Notes: generated by a model not told the origin, from the letters alone. Positions 12,262 to 24,789 are shown, counted from the whole stretch's first letter. The stretch: DNA of 62,917 bases, filler included, from Octopus bimaculoides (GCF_001194135.2; 4 parts of 4 records of this genome joined end to end with filler, not necessarily neighbours in it); one strand, 5' to 3'. Program-made: numbers and translations.

Positions 12262-12412
12262 TATATACGACTGTCCTCTAGGCAGTTTCCTTCTATCGAA
12301 CTCACTAACAAGTCATTGGTCGACCCAACACTATAGTAGAAGACATTTGTCCAAGATGCCATGCGGTGGAACTGAACCCGAGACCATGTGCTTGGAAAGC
12401 AACGCCATGCAG
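12262..12412 (-). mobile_element. SINE family A 5' half
   Basis: cactatagtagaagacatttgtccaagatgccatgcggtggaactgaacccgagaccatgtg. Confidence 0.75.
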
Positions 12413-12889
12413 ACACATAATTAACCATACTTAACCAACAACAAATGAAGCAATATCTTTTCTCAAATATATTATTTAATATTCCAATCCAAATATTATG
12501 AATAATATATTTATTTATTCAAAACTTCTAGACAAAGCCCCCAATGGCCCACAGACTCGTTCTATTTCAATTCATTCACAATTCCTCATTATATTCCCGA
12601 ACGTACGAGGGTTTCTAGCATCGCCAAAAGAAACTGATATTCACTTAGAATATCAGTCAGATTTCATTCTTCATTTTTCTTAATGCTTTTTGCTTTGGCT
12701 TTTGTTTATGTTCTTTTGGGAGGTTGGTGGAGGGCGAGATTGTTTTTGTCTTTACGATTTTGACGTAAGTTTTCACTTGAAATGTTGTTTCACGTCATAG
12801 TTCAGATTCCATCCAATGTGTATAAGGTAAGTGAGTCTCCTTAATACAACACATAGTTCCTCTTTCTGTTCGTGCTTTCAGCTTCACAG

Positions 12890-13125
12890 TTACGTATATA
12901 TGTCTATATATATATTTATGTATATGCATATATGTGTGTGTATATATATGTGTGTACATATATATATATATGCATATACATACATGCGTACATGCACATA
13001 CAACACATGTATTTATGTGTGTGTGCGCGCATGCATATAGAGAGAAATATAGATAGATATAGACAGATATATACATACATACAAGCATGCATACATACAT
13101 ACATACATACATGCATGCATGCATG

Positions 13126-13157
<32 letters not shown>

Positions 13158-13192
13158 CACACATATATACATGCACACAAACCCCCCCCCCC
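12890..13192. repeat. AT/AC/ACAT/GCAT compound microsatellite flanking a gap
   Basis: Directly visible. Confidence 0.9.
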
Positions 13193-14053
13193 NNNNNNNN
13201 NNNNNNNNNNNNNNNNNNNNNNNNNNNNNNNNNNNNNNNNNNNNNNNNNNNNNNNNNNNNNNNNNNNNNNNNNNNNNNNNNNNNNNNNNNNNNNNNNNNN
13301 NNNNNNNNNNNNNNNNNNNNNNNNNNNNNNNNNNNNNNNNNNNNNNNNNNNNNNNNNNNNNNNNNNNNNNNNNNNNNNNNNNNNNNNNNNNNNNNNNNNN
13401 NNNNNNNNNNNNNNNNNNNNNNNNNNNNNNNNNNNNNNNNNNNNNNNNNNNNNNNNNNNNNNNNNNNNNNNNNNNNNNNNNNNNNNNNNNNNNNNNNNNN
13501 NNNNNNNNNNNNNNNNNNNNNNNNNNNNNNNNNNNNNNNNNNNNNNNNNNNNNNNNNNCACACACATACACACACACACACACACATTCACTCACACCCC
13601 AACGCCCGGAGGCAGACTCTTTTTCATTCTCTTCCACTCATACATCGTACGCGACAATACTTTCATGGAAATCTGTTGAAAAAACATCAAAAGACGAAAC
13701 CTAGTTTTATAATTAGTTTTTCATTAGACAACAATCAGTTTTGTTTGAAAGATGCCTCTATGATCTTACCATATATCATCTCCAGTCTTTTTCTTTTACA
13801 ACTAATTTTATTTCGCTTTGTTTTAAACGCAAGCGAAACAATATGTTTGTGAGAGGAGTTCCAGTAATTCATCCTGGTGAGCTGGGAAATGTAAAGCAAT
13901 TAGCATGCACACACACACACACACATGCACACAAAAACAAATACACACACGAAGACAGGCGACCACATGACCATTAAATGTATGCTTGTGAGTGTTTACG
14001 CATGTGTGCGTACATATGTATTTGATGGTGCATGTCTGCATCACATACATACA

Positions 14054-14089
<36 letters not shown>

Positions 14090-14662
14090 TACATATATAT
14101 ATATATATANNNNNNNNNNNNNNNNNNNNNNNNNNNNNNNNNNNNNNNNNNNNNNNNNNNNNNNNNNNNNNNNNNNNNNNNNNNNNNNNNNNNNNNNNNN
14201 NNNNNNNNNNNNNNNNNNNNNNNNNNNNNNNNNNNNNNNNNNNNNNNNNNNNNNNNNNNNNNNNNNNNNNNNNNNNNNNNNNNNNNNNNNNNNNNNNNNN
14301 NNNNNNNNNNNNNNNNNNNNNNNNNNNNNNNNNNNNNNNNNNNNNNNNNNNNNNNNNNNNNNNNNNNNNNNNNNNNNNNNNNNNNNNNNNNNNNNNNNNN
14401 NNNNNNNNNNNNNNNNNNNNNNNNNNNNNNNNNNNNNNNNNNNNNNNNNNNNNNNNNNNNNNNNNNNNNNNNNNNNNNNNNNNNNNNNNNNNNNNNNNNN
14501 NNNNNNNNNNNNNNNNNNNNNNNNNNNNNNNNNNNNNNNNNNNNNNNNNNNNNNNNNNNNNNNNNNNNNNNNNNNNNNNNNNNNNNNNNNNNNNNNNNNN
14601 NNNNNNNNNNNNNNNNNNNNNNNNNNNNNNNNNNNNNNNNNNNNNNNNNNNNNNNNNNNNNN

Positions 14663-14685
<23 letters not shown>

Positions 14686-14693
<8 letters not shown>

Positions 14694-14790
14694 TTGGAGC
14701 CTGGCGTAGCCATCTGGTTCGCCAGTTATCAGTGAAATTGTCCAACCCATGCTAGCATGGAAAGCCGACGTTAAACAATGATGATGATGA
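14686..14790 (+). mobile_element. SINE family C 3' end
   Basis: tcagattggagcctggcgtagcc...tccaacccatgctagcatggaaagccgacgttaaacaatgatgatgat. Confidence 0.85.
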
Positions 14791-15439
14791 TATATGTATA
14801 AATAATACAAAATGGGACAAGGACACAAAACATCTAAACAGTTAGGAGATACACGAAAGGGATTAAACATGCAGATAGACGATACGAAAAAAAAAACAAA
14901 AAAAACACGGACAGGTCATTTGGAGTCTTCTCTCTTCAGTCGAGATCCGTATGTAAGAAATAATTTTAAAATAGTGGTCATTACATATAATTCCTTTATT
15001 TGAGCAAATTTGGCTTACAACTGTTTCCAGTGGTCATTACAGGTACATTACTGTCTATTGATCAAGTGAGGTAAATTGAACGACCTAAGTCAATTAATGT
15101 TACTTTTGTCAGCATCAGCCTCAGGAAAACACCTCCTCCAGCTGCCTAATGACGCACAGTCTGTGTTCGATTAGTATTTGCTAGGGCGGGGGGCATTGTT
15201 TCCACCTCTAGCCTTACGGGATACATACGGAATCGAGTTTCTGGATGGTTACCCGTCCTCAGCATGTGTTAATCACTAGCTTGTGGTGAAATATATTACT
15301 AGCAAATTACAATGTAATCTTCTAGCGACTCACTGTCGCTGATATTATAAAAGGGAGAGAGGGATGTTATATTAAATCTCTAAGCGAGTTATATACAGCA
15401 ACGGTACGGAATCATAACATATATTTGCCAACTCAATGT

Positions 15440-15483
15440 GGCGTCACACACACACACACGTACACACACACACACACAAACAC

Positions 15484-15534
<51 letters not shown>

Positions 15535-15597
15535 CATTACGAAACTTTAAGCCACATGGTGTCAAATCAGACTGTCTTAAATAACAACAATAAAATG

Positions 15598-15658
<61 letters not shown>

Positions 15659-15718
15659 TAAAAATAATAATGATGATGATGATGATGAGGAGGAGGAAGA
15701 TGATGATGATGATGATGC
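15440..15718. repeat. (AC)n followed by (AAT)n/(GAT)n/(GAG)n compound microsatellite
   Basis: Directly visible. Confidence 0.95.
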
Positions 15719-15724
15719 TAGTAA

Positions 15725-16145
15725 GTTCGGTTAAGGGAGTGAGTCGATTAAATCGACCCTGTTACTCGCTTGGTACTCATTTTCTTGATCACTTGAAGAT
15801 GAAAGGCAAAGTCGACTCCGGCGGAATTTGAACTCAGAACGCAAAGTTGGACGAAGTGCCGCCAAGCATTGTGCCCCGCACGCTAAGGATTGTCAGCTCG
15901 CCGCCTTAATATTAATAATGATAATAATAATCCTTTCTAGTATAAGCACAAAGCCTGAGATTCGGGGGGAAGGTGGCTAGGCGATTACATCGTCCTCAGT
16001 GCGTAACTGGTACTTATTTCATCGATCTCCGAAAGGATGACGGGCTAAGTTGACCTCGGTGGAATTTGAACTCAGAACGTATGGACGGACGAAATGTCGC
16101 TAAGCATTTTGCCCGGCGTGCTAACGATTCTCCCACATCGCTGCC
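15725..16145 (-). mobile_element. Two SINE family B copies separated by AAT-rich tail
   Basis: gatgaaaggcaaagtcgactccggcggaatttgaactcagaac and gatgacgggctaagttgacctcggtggaatttgaactcagaac. Confidence 0.9.
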
Positions 16146-16439
16146 TGAATATTAACAATAATAATGATAATAATCCTTTCTCTTATAGGTACGCTTGGTA
16201 AATAAGTTAAATAGGTTTCTTCATCACAGACATTACAGTTCCGGTGTTAGAAAGAAGGCTGAAACAGTGGTGTCTAATGTTCCTGCTTCATACACGAACA
16301 TGCGTTAACGTTCGTGATGTAAAATTTTGTAAACTGGATTGTTTTACAGTATTCGCTACAACTAAACTACCGGTGTTAAAGTATATTTCTTTGTCCTCTA
16401 AAAAGAATTTCCATTAAAATCAATATGTCGTTTATCTTT

Positions 16440-16512
16440 TCCTGGATTATTTTTGCGTTTTTTTTAAGTTAATTTTTGACAGCAGTCGGGTAAATTTTCT
16501 GTGCTCTTGTTA
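16440..16512 (-). mobile_element. Internally deleted fragment of the Helentron/DINE-1-like family
   Basis: Minus strand aacaagagcac...cccgactgctgtcaaaaattaac...aataatccagg matches the start and interior of 27405-27766 and 47035-47409. Confidence 0.5.
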
Positions 16513-17890
16513 TCATTATTATTATTATTTTCATTAGCATCTTCTTTCTTCTCTGTTTTCATTTCTTGTCGAGTGTCTTCTTGACACCTAGGGCAGAGAA
16601 ACGTATTGTATACATTGGTAGGCCATTAAAAAAAGCAGACCAGAATGTTCATTTACAGAGTCATGTGACAGAGAAAAAGGGAAGACAGAGAGAAAAGAGG
16701 AAAAATAAAAAATAGAAAAGTAAACAAATAAAATAAAGGGGGGAAAGGAAAGAAAATCCACAGCGACAATGTTCTTCTCAATACGTGTGACGTACCAGTT
16801 AAGACAATCTTTTGCACTTCCTTCATGGATGGTAAGCCAGGGATTATTCTTAAATAATTCCCACTTCCTTTTTTAATCATTCCAAGAGCTCCTACAATCA
16901 CTGGAATTGTAAGAGTCTTGAGAGGCCACATCTTTTCGATTTTGATTAGCAAATCTTTATATTTTCTGAGCTTATCAAATTCTTTTGCCGAGATATTATG
17001 GCCACGGGTATGCACATGTCAATCAGTAAACAAACTGTATTGCTTTTGTCTTTCACAACAATATCTGGTTTATTTGCCTTCGTGGTTCGATCTGTACATA
17101 CTGGGAAGTCCCGAAGAATAGCTACATTTCCTTCCTCAGTTACAGCCTTAGGCTTGTGTTTGTACCATTTGTCAACAGTTTTGATTTTATAATGCCAACA
17201 TATTAACCATTGGCCAACTCTGTGATATCTTGATTAGTACACTACATGTGCTAAATCCAGAGATTTGGTTGTCGATTCTTTTTATCTCATTGCTGCAGTA
17301 TCGGCAGTTTGGATCTACGTCATTTTTCATCCCATTGGCTTGATAGTTCCAGGTCAATAAACTCTGATCTTGGGCAACCAAGATAAAACTTTCAATCTCT
17401 GCTTTTAGCTCTGAGGTCAGTAGCCACTGATGTGTGTGCTTCTGGTCTACATCAGCTTCTTTGCAACGGGCCACATTTTTGCCATGCACTGGTTTTTCTT
17501 CTCATCATCCAATTGTTCAAACGCATTTTGCTTTGCTATTGATCTCACCTTCTTTACAGCTACAGTTGGTGCATTTCCCTCATGCTGTTCAACCTGGGTG
17601 TTATGCATAGAAATTCTATTGCTCTCCTTCATAATATAACGAAGTTTATTACACTCTTCATGGTTTTCAACGAGCTTCAGCATCCAATTATTAGACTTTT
17701 CAATATATTTTTTCAGTCATATTGTGATGGTTTTGTAGGAGATTTCAAATTGGATCAAGCTTCGACCTCCTTGAGCTCTGAGTAGGTAAAGACGATCTGC
17801 GACAACTTTTCGGTGGTGCATCTTATTGTAAGTCAGCAGCTTATGGATTTTCTTGTCAATCTTCCTTATTTCGCTCTTATTCCAGTTATT
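16512..17890 (-). mobile_element. 5'-truncated R4/Dong-clade non-LTR retrotransposon (RT thumb, zinc-knuckle remnant, restriction-like endonuclease), frameshifted
   Basis: Minus strand: DRLYLLRAQGGRSLIQ; LKAEIESFILVAQDQSLL...DPNCRYC; ANKPDIVVKDK...LLIDMCIP (PD-(D/E)xK); KEFDKLRKYKDL..IEKMWPLKTLTIPVIVGALG...VQKIVLTGTSHVLRR; 3' UTR ends in an (AAT)n tail. Confidence 0.9.
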
Positions 17891-17918
17891 ATTATTATTA
17901 ATATTATTGTTATTATTA

Positions 17919-17973
<55 letters not shown>
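17886..17973. repeat. (TAT)n microsatellite at the 5' junction of the Dong fragment
   Basis: Directly visible. Confidence 0.97.
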
Positions 17974-17974
<1 letters not shown>

Positions 17975-18159
17975 AAATACACAAACTGCAATGACCAAAC
18001 GGCGAGAGTATGTTATAAAATATTTGCAATACGTTGTCTCGAATGTTGGAACTTGCCTCTCATTAAAACGGATTAACGTGTTCTCGAGATGCAAGCCCGT
18101 TATAAAAGCCCATTCCCTTCCACCTTCGTGTTATATTATCCTCATATATATATATATGC

Positions 18160-18327
18160 TTGACAGGCTTCCGCACAGTTTCCGTGTGTACACTCATGTA
18201 CACTCATAAGGTATTGTCAGTCCAAGAGTATGACAGAAGATACGTGACTAAGTTACCATGCAATGGGAGAGAACTCAAAGCCACACGATTGCAAACCGAG
18301 CTTCTTAAAAGCACAGCCATGCCAGCG
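18160..18327 (-). mobile_element. Old SINE family A 5' half
   Basis: acaggcttccgcacagtttccg...cactcataagg...gagcttcttaaaagcacagccat. Confidence 0.55.
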
Positions 18328-18662
18328 TTTATGTACAATAGCTTTTTTACTGTGTTAAATTCAAGAAAAGCCAGAAATAACCATTCTATTGAGAGGAATA
18401 TCTGTTCTTTCAACTGACAGATTAATAGGTATTTCAAAGAATCAAAATGAGATATCTTAGAAGAGATATCTTATATTCTAATTGGGAAGATTGTTATGCG
18501 AGACATGATACGCCAAAATAATTACGTGGTTCTGACATTTTTAAGCTCGTTGAAGTCCGTATTTGACGCCGTCTCTGAAGCTTTTATATATTATATTGAA
18601 TTATCTTAGGGGCGGGGTAATTTCTTTGCGGTCTTTAGTTATGTAATTTTGGACTTTGTGAT

Positions 18663-18814
18663 CGCATGATGGTGTAGTGAACACGCTCGCTTTGCAGTCG
18701 GTTTGTTTTGGGTTCGCGACCACAGCATAGCACTTGTGCAAATGTTTTTTGCTATATCCTTCCCAGGCCGACCAATAGCGGATTGTGTAAATGGAAAACG
18801 TTCGGAAAGCTGTG

Positions 18815-18820
<6 letters not shown>
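18663..18820 (+). mobile_element. Old SINE family A-like head
   Basis: gggttcgcgaccacagcatagcacttgtgcaaatgtttttgctata...aggccgaccaa. Confidence 0.45.
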
Positions 18821-18845
<25 letters not shown>

Positions 18846-19236
18846 GGCATGTAAGTATACATATATATATATATATATATNNNNNNNNNNNNNNNNNNNN
18901 NNNNNNNNNNNNNNNNNNNNNNNNNNNNNNNNNNNNNNNNNNNNNNNNNNNNNNNNNNNNNNNNNNNNNNNNNNNNNNNNNNNNNNNNNNNNNNNNNNNN
19001 NNTTCTGTATGGTAGGTAGTGGTGGTCATTTAACGTTGCGAAAGCACTCAAGTCGAAGCTGAAGTATTATGTTATTGCTTCCTTTTGTGTTATAATAAAA
19101 GCAATTTTATATAAATTTGAAGGAATATTCAATACATTTGATAGAGTTAAAATTTATTATCATTGTTGTATTTAGGGACGGTCAATTTTTTTTCTCAAAT
19201 AAACACACGTACTATTTACTTGTTCTTCAGCTCAGC

Positions 19237-19281
<45 letters not shown>

Positions 19282-19290
19282 TTAGTGTTT

Positions 19291-19432
19291 TTTGTCTGAT
19301 ATCTTTCGTCACACATCCTGTGACCTTTTCAGCGACTCTCCATTCCACATACCTTCTTCTGTCTTGTTTAGTTTATTCTCTTTGGAGAAAATAAAAAAAT
19401 CGCTGGATGTGTGACGAAAGATTTCAGACAAA
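19291..19432. repeat. 28-bp inverted repeat with 86-nt spacer
   Basis: tttgtctgatatctttcgtcacacatcc (19291-19318) versus ggatgtgtgacgaaagatttcagacaaa (19405-19432), one mismatch. Confidence 0.92.
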
Positions 19433-19914
19433 TTAAGAATGATAATAAACCTGAACAATCCAACTGTATCTGTGTTTATTTGATATAAAAACAACAACAA
19501 CAAAATAGACATTACCATCTCCAAATATAACAATATTTGTTATATTTCAGGAATCTTGCAAAACAAAAACATAAACGTAGCAAAGTTATTATCCTTTAAC
19601 AACAATATTATTGATAGTGAGTTCAATTCTCGTCCATCCCAACCATCATCATTCGGTGCCCTAGCAAGTCTATCACAAACATTTTCAATATTCATCGGTC
19701 AATAAAATACATACCGGTTATATACCGGAAGTGTTTAATCAATTCTACACCCCCTTTCAAAATATGAGACCTGATACAATTTATTTTTATTTTTACTTGC
19801 CCTAGAGCTCATATGTCTGGGCGTCTGCTTTCCACGGCGTATAAGTGACCGCGAGCACAACATTCTCTCTGAATGAAACACCAGTTCGTTGCAGATTTCA
19901 AGTCCATCAATGAC

Positions 19915-20300
19915 AGATCATTTACATTGACCCCTGTACTTGACTGGTACTTTATGTCATCAACCTCGAAGTAAAATATAGGACGAAGTAGATCCCAGCG
20001 GGATTTGGATTCAGAATGTAAAAAGCCGAAAGAAATGGCACTAAGCGTTTAGTCCGGCATGCCACTGATTCTGTCAGCTCACCACCTTAGTCGAATGATA
20101 ATTATTCTTTCTTGTATAACCACAAGACTGAAATTTTGCAGGAGAGAGCTATTCAGCGGTACTCAACCGGTACTTACTTTTTTAACTTTGAAAGGACGAA
20201 AAGCAAAGTGGACCTCGACGGAATTTGAACTTAGAACGTACAGAGAAAAATGAAATGACGCTAAGAATTTGTCGGACGTGCTAACGATTCTGCCAGCTCG
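19915..20300 (-). mobile_element. Two SINE family B copies
   Basis: cccagcgggatttggattcagaatgtaaaaag and gcaaagtggacctcgacggaatttgaacttagaac. Confidence 0.75.
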
Positions 20301-21639
20301 CTGCTACAATACAATATCAACTAGAAAAAAGAAAAAAAAGAAGTATAACCCTTTTAAAATCTGTCATGTCACAGAAGATGGAGATTTCGGATTCGTTTCG
20401 GCAAGCTCTGGCAATATCATCAATTATCTTCAATTAGTTTCCTCCAGACTCTCAGTTAACCAAAGTTAGGTCACGTATAGCAAACAAATAGTTGTTCTTT
20501 CTAAATTATCCTGAAATATGAAGTAGACGAAGCAAGTGAGAGAGAGCTATCAAACATCTTAATCAGTGAGAGTGTTTATAGAGGAAAGATAAAAGTTATA
20601 CAATTGTTACATTTACAGGGGGAAAGAATAATAAACGTGAGTTGAGATTTTGGTAGCATCTCAGCAGTTCTCACTTAACGTAATTTGGTGAGAGAGAAGC
20701 CTGAAAATCTGATTAAAACTGACATACTTGTACCACATGGCTAAAAAATATCTTGGTAATATATTGATTAATACGATGCGTCTTTACAGTAAAGAGAACG
20801 ATAACATTCCACTAATGATAACATCGCTTCCCTAAAGTGAAATACGCCAAGATTCGTTCCCGTGTCAAGAACTATTTTGATGTGTACATAAATCTCAACA
20901 ACACGTACATTGTTTGAGTGCACGAAAGGTTAACATAGTTAGAAGTGTTCGGAATTTTTAACTGGCAGGGTCTCGTTTCGAATTACATTTCCGAATTACT
21001 TCACTTCCCTTCTTATGTGTTCTGCAAATAAAGGAATGGTTTACTACTTATCTTTCTGCAAATCATTACACACACACACACACACATGTATTCATGTATG
21101 TATGTGTGTATGTATGTATGTATGCACGTATGTTAGCATGTATGTATCTGTGTATTCCAGCTCGCTTCAATCACACCAAATCGGCATTAAGTTCTTTCGT
21201 ATTTTTTTTTGTTTTTTTGTTTTGCTTCTGTAGACGCTATCTTGAATCACTTAAGTCTGTTTGTAGAAAACCCTGTAAATGATAGGAAATACCGCAGTAA
21301 ACATGATGTATTTTAAATGTTGTATTAATACCAAAGAAATGGCGAGTACATGTTTGAGCACAAGGTTAAGATATACACATGGGAAAATTTTGATGTCGAC
21401 TCTTTTTTTCTCAACATCGACCATATGAAATTTCGGTAAATATTGACAATATTTTACAATGTTTCCAAGGAATCAAAAGTGTTTAGGTTTGGGATTCGCA
21501 TTGTTAAGTGGATCAACACCAATGCTTAAACGACATTTTAACCAATATTGGGGTATAAAAGATTAACTCACCTCGACCGGGAATTGACATCGGAACATAC
21601 ATGACTGAATATGGTAGTCTCTTTCATCTATTATGCGTT

Positions 21640-21905
21640 ATGTTTTACTTGTTTCAGTCATTGAACTGCGGCCATGCTGGGGCAATGCCTTGTAGAATAT
21701 TTAATAGAAACAATAAGCCACAATACTTAATTTTTTTTTCAAAGCCTGGTACATATTTTAACGGGTCTCTTTTTCCGATTCGGTAAGTTACGCGGATGTA
21801 AACACACCAGCACCGAGTGTCGAGCCGTGGTGGGGGACAAGCACACACACAAAGACACACTCACACACAAAGACACATACACACACAAAGACACATACAC
21901 ACGCA
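21640..21905 (-). mobile_element. SINE family A 3' half
   Basis: ttacttgtttcagtcattgaactgcggccatgctgggg...aagcctggtac...gtaaacacaccagcacc. Confidence 0.8.
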
Positions 21906-22996
21906 CACACAGAGTTTCGGATGTCGAGGCGGAAATCTGCTCCGACATCTCGTCAGTTATTANNNNNNNNNNNNNNNNNNNNNNNNNNNNNNNNNNNNNN
22001 NNNNNNNNNNNNNNNNNNNNNNNNNNNNNNNNNNNNNNNNNNNNNNNNNNNNNNNNNNNNNNNNNNNNNNNNNNNNNNNNNNNNNNNNNNNNNNNNNNNN
22101 NNNNNNNNNNNNNNNNNNNNNNNNNNNNNNNNNNNNNNNNNNNNNNNNNNNNNNNNNNNNNNNNNNNNNNNNNNNNNNNNNNNNNNNNNNNNNNNNNNNN
22201 NNNNNNNNNNNNNNNNNNNNNNNNNNNNNNNNNNNNNNNNNNNNNNNNNNNNNNNNNNNNNNNNNNNNNNNNNNNNNNNNNNNNNNNNNNNNNNNNNNNN
22301 NNNNNNNNNNNNNNNNNNNNNNNNNNNNNNNNNNNNNNNNNNNNNNNNNNNNNNNNNNNNNNNNNNNNNNNNNNNNNNNNNNNNNNNNNNNNNNNNNNNN
22401 NNNNNNNNNNNNNNNNNNNNNNNNNNNNNNNNNNNNNNNNNNNNNNNNNNNNNNNNNNNNNNNATATATATATATATATAATATGTGTGTGGTAAAGCTT
22501 CAGCGAGTTGAATAGTACTCGATAAACGCGCAAGTCCTATGAAATACAACCACCCAATGTTTCGTGGTCGAACCATTAATTCATTTCGCGTTCTATGGTC
22601 AAACATCATTTGCTTTGAATGCGAGTTACAAACCGTCTTGTTCTGAAAATCGTTTGTCACTCTTCAAACTTAGCGAAACACGGGGGTAGCTGTACTTCAC
22701 AAAATTTGTACTTTTCTCAATAACTATATGAATGTTCAATTTCTAGGAAAGATCCAGGGGAATAATTACAAGGTAGCCAGATGTCACGTAAGTGTCTTAG
22801 GAACCAGTGATCACACTTGAGTGCGAGATGATTCCGGGGAGAAATGGGATGCGCACTTTTCTGCTGTTTATATCCTCCCTGATAAGATTGATGCATTGCT
22901 TCACATTATTCATCCTGCCGGATTTATTTTCAATGCATCCATTGAAACATATGTAGATGATATGAAGACATATATGATTTGTCGCCATTTTCAATT

Positions 22997-23054
<58 letters not shown>

Positions 23055-23154
23055 NNNNNNNNNNNNNNNNNNNNNNNNNNNNNNNNNNNNNNNNNNNNTT
23101 AATTAATTAANNNNNNNNNNNNNNNNNNNNNNNNNNNNNNNNNNNNNNNNNNNN
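23055..23154. other. Artificial 100-bp gap: 44 N + TTAATTAATTAA + 44 N
   Basis: Identical structure recurs at 37951-38050 and 53540-53639. Confidence 0.9.
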
Positions 23155-23206
<52 letters not shown>

Positions 23207-23944
23207 AGAGAGAGAGAGAGAATCGTTTTGCAGTATTTCAGAATTACTGACTGTGTGTATCAAGGTTACCCTACATGTATAAGGTTTATGTACATCCAAT
23301 CAGTTACCCAGTATTTCCTTGACATTCCAACCAAATTGGGGCATGAGGTTAAGATGACTTCCTGTCACCAAAAGAAAATGAAACCTTCACGAGAGACTCA
23401 GCTCCTTATTAAGGGTCACATGATATATTCGTTGACGTAATGTGTTGTAAGTTGTAGGGTAACTGCTAGAGTAGAAATGCATCGCCTTCCCTCACTCTCT
23501 TTAAAAAAACGGGTTCAAACGGGTTCGTACGGGTTTGTTTCTAGTTGTTATTACTGTGAACTGAACGCACATTCACACACACTCACATATATATATATAT
23601 ATGTATATATATTCACGCTCATATACATACATACGCTCACACACACATGCACACATGTGAACATATGCAAACACAGGTACACTTAAATACACATTCACAC
23701 GCTTACACAAGCACACAAGCATACACTAATACTCACTCACACGCACAGATAGATTCAAACACATGCGTAGATACACTCACATATACACGTGTGCACTAAC
23801 ACACAGATACACTGACACACAAATACTCAAGCACCCTCACACACACACACACACACACACAGAGGTGCACACGCCAATCAATGCATCTGAGAATTGCTTC
23901 AATTGTGATTGATTTTTCTGTCATATTTATTGATTTATATTTCT

Positions 23945-24660
23945 TTTGTTGTTGCTGTTGTTGACAGTGGTGGCGGTTGTAGGTGTATGGTGGTGGTGGT
24001 GGTGGTGGTGGTGCTTTTGGTGGCGATGGTGGCAGCGGTGTGTGGTTGTGGCATTGGCTGTGGTGTACAGTGATGGTGGGGATGGTGGTTGGGATGTCAT
24101 TGTTGGCGTTGGTGGTGGAAGGGATCTTGATGTTGTTTGTAGTGATGTTGGTGGTGGTGGTGGTGGTTGTGGTAGTAGTGATGGTGGTGGTGCTGGTGGT
24201 AGTAGTAGTGGTGGTAGTAGTAGTTGTAGTGGTGGTGGTTGAGTGGTGGTGGTTGTGGTAGTAGTGGTGCTGGTGGTGCTGGTAGTGGTGGTGGTGGTNN
24301 NNNNNNNNNNNNNNNNNNNNNNNNNNNNNNNNNNNNNNNNNNNNNNNNNNNNNNNNNNNNNNNNNNNNNNNNNNNNNNGTGGTAGTAGTGGTGCTGGTGG
24401 TAGTAGTAGTGGTGGTGCTGGTAGTGGTGGTGGTGGTGGTTGTGGTAGTAGTAGTTGTAGTGGTGGTAGTTGAGTGGTGGTGGTTGTGGTAGTAGTGGTG
24501 CTGGTGGTAGTAGTAGTGGTGGTGCTGGTAGTGGTGGTGGTAATGTTGTTAGTGTTCTTGCTTATGTTTTGGTAGTTTCAGTGTATATGTTGTTGCAGTT
24601 GTTGTTACAGGTGCTACAGCCAATACTATTGCAGTTTTGGTCGTTGCTGTTGTAGTTAGT
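23945..24660. repeat. (GGT/AGT/GCT)n trinucleotide low-complexity tract
   Basis: Directly visible; ~50-bp higher-order blocks recur at about 24250, 24380 and 24485. Confidence 0.92.
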
Positions 24661-24789
24661 GGTGGTGCTGATGGTATTGGTTAATGTTATAGTGTCACCA
24701 CTTACAATCAACATCAACATATCTGGTCACTGTTGTGGTTGTGGCTGCAGTTTCCATGGTAACACCACTGTTGTTATCTTTTATGAATT

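Noticed and set aside
14905-14945. Hammerhead-like CUGAAGA-GAG/CUC on the minus strand
   Set aside because: The GAAAC box reads CAAAU and stem I does not pair; too degenerate to claim
20900-21370. piggyBac-like ends (gtacat.tttgag..cac.aaggttaa twice)
   Set aside because: Both are in the same orientation, with no partner TIR or TTAA-bounded element
22495-22700. Tigger-like MITE fragment
   Set aside because: Only vague motif similarity, and the left side is lost in a gap
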